This document shows positions 1-5,840 of a DNA stretch of 7,128 nucleotides, in pieces (within the stretch, counting starts at the first letter, position 1; each line of letters begins with the position of its first letter). The notes under the pieces were generated by a model. That model was given only the letters and a program-made list of their open reading frames with translations, did not search any database and was not told the origin of the DNA. Made by a program: the position numbers and the translations under genes. The DNA is from a virus. Taxonomy: Duplodnaviria > Heunggongvirae > Uroviricota > Caudoviricetes. Location of the stretch: the IMG/VR virus record IMGVR_UViG_2695420565_000021, positions 1-7,128 of that record, one strand, 5' to 3'.

Positions 1-140
1 CTCTCGTCTGGGGAATATCTCCCCGGCAGCCTTCAGGGAAAAATATCATCAGATAGCTGCTTAAAAAAAGAACAAATGGTAGTGTCCGCTATTGTCAGTA
101 CACCTCAAATATCGCAAAACTCAAGCGATACGAGCTTGAT

Positions 141-305
141 ATGGATGGTTGTGACTCGTTCGGTCAGGATTGTGGCGCTGACATGACTGAAGATTCTGAT
201 GGCGATTATGTCCTGTTTGATGACGTGGTTAAGTTGTTTGAGTTTGATACAACCACTCAGAAGATAGAAAGCCCAGCAAAGGAGGCAACCAGTGAGCGAA
301 ATTAA
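141..305 (+). CDS. Doubtful small acidic protein (54 aa)
   Basis: ATG at 141 to TAA at 303-305, found by hand translation; below the length cutoff of the supplied ORF track. Product MDGCDSFGQDCGADMTEDSDGDYVLFDDVVKLFEFDTTTQKIESPAKEATSERN has about 15 Asp/Glu against 4 Lys/Arg. Only a weak SD (GAG about 6 nt upstream). Its 3' end overlaps the next gene start by 14 nt in another frame. Confidence 0.25.
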   Translation: MDGCDSFGQDCGADMTEDSDGDYVLFDDVVKLFEFDTTTQKIESPAKEATSERN

Positions 306-942
306 TTACCAGGCACTGCGTGAGGCGGCAGAGCGTGCAATTCCGGCAATGGAACGCCTGTTAATGTTGCCAGTTGATGATGATTTGTTAAGTGAACAGG
401 AACTTAAAGATTACGGTGTGGATATTGATGCGCTCAACGCCTTCAAATTTCTGGCCGGACCAGAAACCGTGCTGGCACTACTGGATGAATGGGAAAGAAA
501 CCAGCAATACATCAAACGCCGCGACCAGGAGAACGAGGATATTGCGCTTACGGTTGGGAAGCTGCGCGTTGAGCTGGAAGGCAAAGACAGCAAAATAGCC
601 AATCTTACCGCCGAACGCGATGCTCTTCGTGAAGGTGAGATGGGCGACGCTAGGCATAGCAACACACGGGCCGCAGCTGATATCTACTTCCAACTGGTCG
701 AGGAATGCGAAATTCCTGCTGGCGGATCTCTGGTCGAGTACGTTGACGATATGCGCGAGAAGCTGGAAGCCGCAGAGAAGCGGATTGCTGAACTGGAAGC
801 GCGGGAAATATCGCTCCCAGAACGTAGCAGCATGCTTCATCGAACAGATTTTCACGAGGATTACCAAACGGTAATGGCATACAAAGTTTCTGAAGTCATC
901 GATGCAATCCGCGCTACTGGCATTCGCATCAAAGGAGAGTGA
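292..942 (+). CDS. Ea22-like prophage early-region protein with coiled-coil segments (216 aa)
   Basis: GTG start at 292 preceded by GGAGG at 281-285 (6-nt spacer). The translation has heptad-like charged stretches (IKRRDQENEDIALTVGKLRVELEGKDSKIANLTAERDALREGE, MREKLEAAEKRIAELEAREI) and an N-terminus MSEINYQALREAAE and C-terminus GIRIKGE that I recall as characteristic of lambda Ea22 and relatives. This is a memory-based assignment, not a search result. Confidence 0.7.
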   Translation: MSEINYQALREAAERAIPAMERLLMLPVDDDLLSEQELKDYGVDIDALNAFKFLAGPETVLALLDEWERNQQYIKRRDQENEDIALTVGKLRVELEGKDSKIANLTAERDALREGEMGDARHSNTRAAADIYFQLVEECEIPAGGSLVEYVDDMREKLEAAEKRIAELEAREISLPERSSMLHRTDFHEDYQTVMAYKVSEVIDAIRATGIRIKGE

Positions 943-943
943 T

Positions 944-1801
944 ATGAGCACTATCACTAAAGAACGTATCGAATTGTTCATTAAATCCCCGCTTGAAAAC
1001 GGGCTTACTCGTGGCGAACAAATGGAACTGGCACGAATTGCGCTGGCATCGCTGGAAGCAGAGCCTGTGGCGTATATCATTCAGGACTCTGACGCTCGTA
1101 GTCGTGGAGAGAAAGGCATCCTTCGCTATTTCGCAAATATCAGCGACGAGGATATAAACGAGTACGAAATTACCGTAACTCCGCTTTACGCCGCCCCTCC
1201 AGAGACGGTATCTGTGCCTGATGCGATGGAAATGGATGATGACTTTGACAGCGCGTTTGAACACGGAAAAGCTGTCGGCTGGAACGCCTATCGCGCAGCC
1301 ATGCTTCAGTCCGGAAACTTTCGGGAAAACAAGAATTCGTCAACCAATAATTTTCGTGAAATCGCGGAAACGTCAACCAACTATCCGGTAATTCCTAGTG
1401 AGGTGTTGTCCGCAATCCAGAAGGTTGCCAAGATTCGTGCCGATTTCGATGATTTTGACGGTGACAGGCGAGGTATCTGTGATTGTCTGGATGAGGCTGA
1501 GCAAGAGCTTATCGTTACCATTAACAAATATGCCAGTCAGTTGGCAGCAGAACCTATCGCGCCTAATGACGTTCGAGAGCAGACAGCCATTCCGCAAGTT
1601 CCGGTAACTCCGGATGGTTGGATAAGCTGTAGTGAGCGAATGCCGAAAGGGTATGCTGATGTGTTAGTGACCGATGGCGAGCATGTCGAGGTTAAATGGT
1701 GGGATGAATCTGGGTATTGGAATAGTTGGACGGAACTTAACTCAGATATCTTTGCCGATGAAATAACTCACTGGATGCCGCTACCAGAGCCTCCACTTTG
1801 A
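944..1801 (+). CDS. DUF551 domain-containing prophage protein (285 aa)
   Basis: ATG at 944 with SD AAGGAGAG at 932-939, one nucleotide after the upstream TGA (940-942), which suggests translational coupling. The C-terminus (PDGWISCSERMPKGYADVLVTDGEHVEVKWWDESGYWNSWTELNSDIFADEITHWMPLPEPP) matches the DUF551 signature as I recall it. The ORF-track start at 902 is in the same frame but lies inside the upstream gene and has no SD. Confidence 0.8.
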   Translation: MSTITKERIELFIKSPLENGLTRGEQMELARIALASLEAEPVAYIIQDSDARSRGEKGILRYFANISDEDINEYEITVTPLYAAPPETVSVPDAMEMDDDFDSAFEHGKAVGWNAYRAAMLQSGNFRENKNSSTNNFREIAETSTNYPVIPSEVLSAIQKVAKIRADFDDFDGDRRGICDCLDEAEQELIVTINKYASQLAAEPIAPNDVREQTAIPQVPVTPDGWISCSERMPKGYADVLVTDGEHVEVKWWDESGYWNSWTELNSDIFADEITHWMPLPEPPL

Positions 1802-1897
1802 AAGCGAAGCTTATACATATCTTTTACATCAGCAATCTATTGTTAATCTCCAATCAATGTTACGTTGTCATCTCACTCATGCTTTGGAGGTAGTGAT

Positions 1898-2077
1898 ATG
1901 TCTTGTCCAAAATGCGGTTCTGGAAATATTGCAAAAGAAAAAACAATGCGTGGATGGTCTGATGATTATGTGTGCTGCGATTGCGGATACAACGACTCTA
2001 AAGACGCATTTGGAGAGCGTGGTAAAAACGATTTTGTCAAAATTAATAAAGAACGCGAAGGCAACGAAAAAAGCTAA
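1898..2077 (+). CDS. Small Cys4 zinc-ribbon protein (59 aa)
   Basis: ATG at 1898 preceded by GGAGG at 1886-1890 (7-nt spacer). Product MSCPKCGSGNIAKEKTMRGWSDDYVCCDCGYNDSKDAFGERGKNDFVKINKEREGNEKS has a CxxC...CCxC cysteine arrangement and a Lys/Glu-rich tail. The gene is AT-rich relative to its neighbours and is followed by an intrinsic terminator. The ORF-track start at 1865 is a TTG without SD. Confidence 0.6.
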   Translation: MSCPKCGSGNIAKEKTMRGWSDDYVCCDCGYNDSKDAFGERGKNDFVKINKEREGNEKS

Positions 2078-2140
2078 TTTATTTATTCATATATGAAAAC
2101 AATGTAACCAATATTCGAATTGAAGAACTGAAAGAACACC

Positions 2141-2164
2141 AAGCCGCCTGATGGCGGTTTTTTT
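2141..2164 (+). terminator. Rho-independent terminator downstream of the zinc-ribbon gene
   Basis: Stem AGCCGCC (2142-2148) / GGCGGTT (2153-2159) with loop TGAT, running into a run of 7 T (2158-2164); located 64 nt after the zinc-ribbon stop codon. Confidence 0.55.
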
Positions 2165-2178
2165 ATTGGAGACAAGAA

Positions 2179-2523
2179 ATGTCAGATTTGGCTATGAAGG
2201 TTTTGAAATGGCAATCGACTGGCGATGTCGGCATCAGTAGCGCAACTCTTGCCTCAATCGCATGTGGACTGAAAAAGAATATCTATGGTCATCACTTCGG
2301 CGCTCCACATGACGCAGCAGACTTCCGGCGATGCGTTGCACTTGTTGAGCAGATTCCAGAAATCAGAGATTCATTCGACAAGGTTGCAAAGCGCGTTCCG
2401 GCATTCAAAGGAATCCTCAACGAATGGGATTCACTCGTTGCTCTGTTGAAGTCTGAAATGAAGATACACGAAAACAAAGCACCAGAGACTTACAGAAGAA
2501 TTAGCGAGCTACGCAAGGACTAA
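2179..2523 (+). CDS. Hypothetical prophage accessory protein (114 aa), family not recognised
   Basis: ATG at 2179 with GGAG at 2168-2171 (7-nt spacer). Soluble-looking product with no obvious transmembrane segment (MSDLAMKVLKWQSTGDVGISSATLASIACGLKKNIYGHHFGAPHDAADFRRCVALVEQ...). Flanked by a terminator upstream and hairpin plus T-tract downstream. Confidence 0.6.
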   Translation: MSDLAMKVLKWQSTGDVGISSATLASIACGLKKNIYGHHFGAPHDAADFRRCVALVEQIPEIRDSFDKVAKRVPAFKGILNEWDSLVALLKSEMKIHENKAPETYRRISELRKD

Positions 2524-2524
2524 C

Positions 2525-2543
2525 GCCTCACACTCGATGAGGC
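2525..2543 (+). other. Perfect 6-bp stem-loop immediately after the 114-aa gene stop, without a U-tract
   Basis: GCCTCA (2525-2530), loop CACTCGA, TGAGGC (2538-2543). It starts 2 nt after the TAA at 2521-2523. Could be an RNA-stabilising or processing hairpin rather than a terminator. Confidence 0.3.
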
Positions 2544-2562
2544 CTGTACATATCTGATAGAT

Positions 2563-2585
2563 CCGCTATATGGCGGTTTCTTTTT
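2563..2585 (+). terminator. Weak candidate intrinsic terminator upstream of the AlpA-family gene
   Basis: Short GC stem CCGC (2563-2566) / GCGG (2573-2576) followed by TTTCTTTTT (2577-2585). The sequence resembles the terminator at 2141-2164 (CCGCCTGATGGCGGTTTTTTT versus CCGCTATATGGCGGTTTCTTTTT). Confidence 0.35.
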
Positions 2586-2600
2586 GCCTGGAGAATTAAG

Positions 2601-2792
2601 ATGACCGATACCAGCCTGATTCCTGAGAAAGAAGTGATGAACAAGCTCGGTGTTTCATCACGTCAGACAATCTGGAACTATACCAAACGGCACGGATTTC
2701 CGAAGCCAGTCAGAACCCACCCCAAATCATACCTTCGTGAAGCTGTTGAGGGGTGGATTCTTAACGGTGGCGTTAATCAGAAATGCTCCTGA
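2601..2792 (+). CDS. alpA: AlpA/Xis-family helix-turn-helix protein (prophage excisionase or integrase regulator), 63 aa
   Basis: ATG at 2601 with GGAG at 2590-2593 (7-nt spacer). Translation shows the AlpA-type HTH pattern (KLGVSSRQTIWNYTKRHGFPKPVRTHPKSYLREAVEGWI). Lies directly beside the integrase. An in-frame ATG at 2638 is an alternative start. The gene symbol reflects family membership only. Confidence 0.7.
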   Translation: MTDTSLIPEKEVMNKLGVSSRQTIWNYTKRHGFPKPVRTHPKSYLREAVEGWILNGGVNQKCS

Positions 2793-3951
2793 TGTGCCAG
2801 AACAATTTATCAGCGTGAAGCTCATACGCTTTGCGCTGAGCCTCTATCCAGTCGTGTTTATTGTATACGGACATTATCCCGCCAAGTTCATGACCGAGCA
2901 TTCGCTCAGTAACATGAGGCTCGACATTCATCTCGGACAGACGTGTAACAAGCGTTCTTCTGAAATCATGTGTTCGCCAGTAACCTAGATCCATCCCTCC
3001 CCTTATTCTATTTACGAATCGGTTGGCTGCAGCGATGCTGATCGGTTTGTTTATGTCTTCTCCAGGGAAAAGAACATCATTGTACGTTGTCATGGCCTTT
3101 TCGAGAAAAGGCTTAATTTGTTCGAATATTGGACGACGGATAACATTACCCATCTTGCTATGCTCTTTCGGTACGGTCCATACGTTGTCCAGCAGGTCAA
3201 ATTCTGTCTTTGTTGCCAGCCTAAGCTCTGAGAGCCTCGCCCCCCACAGCATAAGCATCTGATGAAGGAGCTTATTTGACGTAGACGCACGGCTTCTTTC
3301 AATAGCAAGCCAAATCTTAGCCAGTTCGTGATACGACAGTACCCGATCCCCTACCTCAGCGCGGGAGCCGAAGTCCCTTGGTTGGATGCTCATAATTGCG
3401 CAACTATCTATCAACTGACGCCGCATGCACCAACTTATTGCTGATCTTAGTTGACTTAGCACCTGCCTTGCTCGGCGTGGATTATCTCTTTCTTCTTCGG
3501 TAAGCAGGTCAACCCATTGCTTAACCGTGATAGAAGATGCCGGACGATTAGGAAAGGCGTCATGCATGCGCTTCATAACCGTTGATCGGTAAAGTGCCTG
3601 GGTCTTTTCTCTGAGAGTTGTAGAGACGTAGTTGTCGAACCAGTAGTCGAGACACTGGGCGACCGTCATGGAGTTCTCCACCTTCTCTTCAAAATAAGTG
3701 CGTGGATCCGTTCCTGAGAAATAGAGCTTTCGCAAGTCAGCAGTGATCTGTCTGGCATCCTTCAAAGACAGGGATGGGTATCGACCAAGCCCAAGTCGAT
3801 TAGGCTTGCCATGCCAGCGATAGCGGTACTGGAACTGGATGACCCCCTTCGGTGAAATTCGTACGCTGAGGCCATCGGCATCAGCCACTTCTTGTGGGCC
3901 CGAATATGGTTTACCATAAATAGTACGCAGTTTTGTGTCGCTTATAGCCAT
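2773..3951 (-). CDS. int: Tyrosine-type site-specific integrase of the P4/IntS type (392 aa)
   Basis: Full-length - strand ORF. N-terminal arm-binding-like region (LSVRISPKGVIQFQYRYRWHGKPNRLGLGRYPSLSLKDAR) and C-terminal catalytic signature (HDFRRT as the H-x-x-R box, and SVYNKH with the candidate catalytic Tyr). No SD before the ATG. Family named from memory of the fold signature. Confidence 0.9.
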   Translation of the reverse strand: MAISDTKLRTIYGKPYSGPQEVADADGLSVRISPKGVIQFQYRYRWHGKPNRLGLGRYPSLSLKDARQITADLRKLYFSGTDPRTYFEEKVENSMTVAQCLDYWFDNYVSTTLREKTQALYRSTVMKRMHDAFPNRPASSITVKQWVDLLTEEERDNPRRARQVLSQLRSAISWCMRRQLIDSCAIMSIQPRDFGSRAEVGDRVLSYHELAKIWLAIERSRASTSNKLLHQMLMLWGARLSELRLATKTEFDLLDNVWTVPKEHSKMGNVIRRPIFEQIKPFLEKAMTTYNDVLFPGEDINKPISIAAANRFVNRIRGGMDLGYWRTHDFRRTLVTRLSEMNVEPHVTERMLGHELGGIMSVYNKHDWIEAQRKAYELHADKLFWHIRSISD

Positions 3952-4132
3952 AAATAATATTTGGTACGCTCAGAAATAATAGTTTGGTACACACCTGGTA
4001 CACAATATCACATGGACAACAGCGCACAGTAAACAACTATATTTGACGTTCGTAGACATACTCAGGTGAAAAAATGGTTGTTTTTCGAGTTATAACAGAC
4101 AGTTAATTAACTACAGTGGACAATGCTAGACA
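3952..4132. promoter_or_regulatory. Integrase-sbcB intergenic region carrying candidate attachment-site arm repeats and the divergent int and sbcB promoters
   Basis: Direct repeats AAATAATA(G)TTTGGTAC (3952-3967 and 3974-3990), GGTACACA twice with about 10-bp phasing (3987-3994 and 3997-4004), GACAATG twice (4119-4125 and 4129-4135), and CACAG(A)TAAACAAC (4025-4037 here, 4141-4154 inside sbcB). Promoter-like hexamers exist on both strands (for example TATAAC at 4091-4096) but none with a convincing -35/-10 pair. Confidence 0.4.
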
Positions 4133-5557
4133 ATGACAGACACAGATAAACAACCTACCTTCCTCTTTCACGATTACGAAACCTTTGGCACGCACCCCGC
4201 GTTAGATCGCCCTGCACAGTTCGCAGCCATTCGCACCGATAGCGAATTCAATGTCATCGGCGAACCCGAAGTCTTTTACTGCAAGCCCGCTGATGACTAT
4301 TTACCCCAGCCAGGAGCCGTATTAATTACCGGTATTACCCCGCAGGAAGCACGGGCGAAAGGAGAAAACGAAGCCGCGTTTGCCGCCCGTATTCACTCGC
4401 TTTTTACCGTACCGAAGACCTGTATTCTGGGCTACAACAATGTGCGTTTCGACGACGAAGTCACACGCAACATTTTTTATCGTAATTTCTACGATCCTTA
4501 CGCCTGGAGCTGGCAGCATGATAACTCGCGCTGGGATTTACTGGATGTTATGCGTGCCTGTTATGCCCTGCGCCCGGAAGGAATAAACTGGCCTGAAAAT
4601 GATGACGGTCTACCGAGCTTTCGCCTTGAGCATTTAACCAAAGCGAATGGTATTGAACATAGCAACGCCCACGATGCGATGGCTGATGTGTACGCCACTA
4701 TTGCGATGGCAAAGCTGGTAAAAACGCGTCAGCCACGCCTGTTTGATTATCTCTTTACCCATCGTAATAAACACAAACTGATGGCGTTGATTGATGTTCC
4801 GCAGATGAAACCCCTGGTGCACGTTTCCGGAATGTTTGGAGCATGGCGCGGCAATACCAGCTGGGTGGCACCGCTGGCGTGGCATCCTGAAAATCGCAAT
4901 GCCGTAATTATGGTGGATTTGGCAGGAGACATTTCGCCATTACTGGAACTGGATAGCGACACATTGCGCGAGCGTTTATATACCGCAAAAACCGATCTTG
5001 GCGATAACGCCGCCGTTCCGGTTAAGCTGGTGCATATCAATAAATGTCCGGTGCTGGCCCAGGCGAATACGCTACGCCCGGAAGATGCCGACCGACTGGG
5101 AATTAATCGTCAGCATTGCCTCGATAACCTGAAAATTCTGCGTGAAAATCCGCAAGTGCGCGAAAAAGTGGTGGCGATATTCGCGGAAGCCGAACCGTTT
5201 ACGCCTTCAGATAACGTGGATGCACAGCTTTATAACGGCTTTTTCAGTGACGCAGATCGTGCAGCAATGAAAATTGTGCTGGAAACCGAGCCGCGTAATT
5301 TACCGGCACTGGATATCACTTTTGTTGATAAACGGATTGAAAAGCTGTTGTTCAATTATCGGGCACGCAACTTCCCGGGGACGCTGGATTATGCCGAGCA
5401 GCAACGCTGGCTGGAGCACCGTCGCCAGGTCTTCACGCCAGAGTTTTTGCAGGGTTATGCTGATGAATTGCAGATGCTGGTACAACAATATGCCGATGAC
5501 AAAGAGAAAGTGGCGCTGTTAAAAGCACTTTGGCAGTACGCGGAAGAGATTGTCTAA
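4133..5557 (+). CDS. sbcB: Exodeoxyribonuclease I (exonuclease I, 3'-5' ssDNA exonuclease), 474 aa
   Basis: Full-length ORF whose translation from residue 9 onward matches E. coli SbcB as I recall it (FLFHDYETFGTHPALDRPAQFAAIRTD... to ...ALWQYAEEIV). The first 9 residues (MTDTDKQPT) differ from the K-12 N-terminus I remember (MMNDGKQQST). No clear SD. Confidence 0.95.
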   Translation: MTDTDKQPTFLFHDYETFGTHPALDRPAQFAAIRTDSEFNVIGEPEVFYCKPADDYLPQPGAVLITGITPQEARAKGENEAAFAARIHSLFTVPKTCILGYNNVRFDDEVTRNIFYRNFYDPYAWSWQHDNSRWDLLDVMRACYALRPEGINWPENDDGLPSFRLEHLTKANGIEHSNAHDAMADVYATIAMAKLVKTRQPRLFDYLFTHRNKHKLMALIDVPQMKPLVHVSGMFGAWRGNTSWVAPLAWHPENRNAVIMVDLAGDISPLLELDSDTLRERLYTAKTDLGDNAAVPVKLVHINKCPVLAQANTLRPEDADRLGINRQHCLDNLKILRENPQVREKVVAIFAEAEPFTPSDNVDAQLYNGFFSDADRAAMKIVLETEPRNLPALDITFVDKRIEKLLFNYRARNFPGTLDYAEQQRWLEHRRQVFTPEFLQGYADELQMLVQQYADDKEKVALLKALWQYAEEIV

Positions 5558-5599
5558 TTTGAAGCCTTCGCCGCTGGTACGGCGGAGGACAATGTTGAG

Positions 5600-5827
5600 T
5601 CAGGCTTTTTGAACGGTGATGCTCCACGCTGCATCGCCAATCTGCTGATAATCGGTGATGGCATGTCCTTCTTCTGCCGCCCACTGTGGGATTGCTTCAG
5701 TTGCCTGGGTGCAATCAAACTCAATCACTAACTCATCGCCGCTGACCATTTCTGCCAGAGCTGCTTTTGCTTCTATGAGTGGAAACGGACAGACCTGCGT
5801 CACCACATCCAGCTTTTTAATCACCAT
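5600..5827 (-). CDS. yeeD: TusA-like sulfur-carrier protein YeeD (75 aa)
   Basis: Small - strand ORF with the TusA-family CPFP motif (MVIKKLDVVTQVCPFPLIEAKAAL...), 13 nt downstream of yeeE on the same strand (operon arrangement), convergent with sbcB. Confidence 0.9.
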   Translation of the reverse strand: MVIKKLDVVTQVCPFPLIEAKAALAEMVSGDELVIEFDCTQATEAIPQWAAEEGHAITDYQQIGDAAWSITVQKA

Positions 5828-5840
5828 CTTTACACCTTAC

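Larger units (their letters stand above)
1..4160. mobile_element. Integrase-proximal end of a lambdoid-type prophage or integrative element inserted at the 5' end of sbcB; left boundary lies beyond the window, right junction is somewhere in 3952..4165
   Basis: Tyrosine integrase, AlpA/Xis-type HTH gene and Ea22-like and DUF551 prophage genes lie directly next to conserved core genes sbcB-yeeD-yeeE. The intergenic repeats and the divergent sbcB N-terminal codons mark the junction zone. The exact att core cannot be fixed without the other junction or an empty-site reference. Confidence 0.7.

Noticed and set aside
69-80. 12-bp exact match AGAACAAATGGT at 69-80 and 6982-6993, considered as possible element-flanking direct repeats
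   Set aside because: One 12-mer match is about what chance gives in a 7-kb window, and the second copy lies in core DNA beyond yeeE, not at a plausible element boundary.
902-943. Upstream ATG at 902 as the start of the DUF551 gene (ORF-track call)
   Set aside because: It lies inside the Ea22-like coding sequence with no SD, whereas ATG 944 has a strong SD and sits one nucleotide after the upstream stop codon.
478-1080. 200-aa ORF on the - strand antisense to the Ea22-like and DUF551 genes
   Set aside because: No SD, Ser/Cys-rich low-complexity translation, and it lies entirely within two well-supported + strand genes; typical shadow ORF.
1865-1897. TTG start at 1865 extending the zinc-ribbon protein by 11 residues
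   Set aside because: No SD ahead of it, while the in-frame ATG at 1898 has GGAGG at a 7-nt spacing.
1857-2096. 79-aa + strand ORF overlapping the zinc-ribbon gene in another frame
   Set aside because: No SD; the Lys/Ile/Leu-rich translation is what an AT-rich region gives in a wrong frame; the zinc-ribbon frame has the GGAGG and a coherent Cys4 motif.
2650-2988. 112-aa + strand ORF spanning the alpA and int 3' ends
   Set aside because: Out of frame with the AlpA-family gene and antisense to the integrase; no independent start signals.
3023-3308. Short ORFs (79 aa on the + strand, 72 aa on the - strand) inside the integrase gene
   Set aside because: Embedded in a full-length integrase with intact catalytic motifs; no translation signals.
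3952-4132. A tRNA or tmRNA gene as the integration target beside the integrase
   Set aside because: The spacer is short, AT-rich and made of direct repeats with no acceptor-stem or T-arm-like structure; the target appears to be the sbcB 5' end instead.
4322-5040. Several 65-97 aa ORFs inside or antisense to sbcB
   Set aside because: sbcB is a full-length, confidently assigned gene; these are frame shadows.
5558-5599. Bidirectional terminator between convergent sbcB and yeeD
   Set aside because: Only a short imperfect GC stem (CCGC 5571-5574 / GCGG 5582-5585) with no clear U-tract on either strand; too weak to call.
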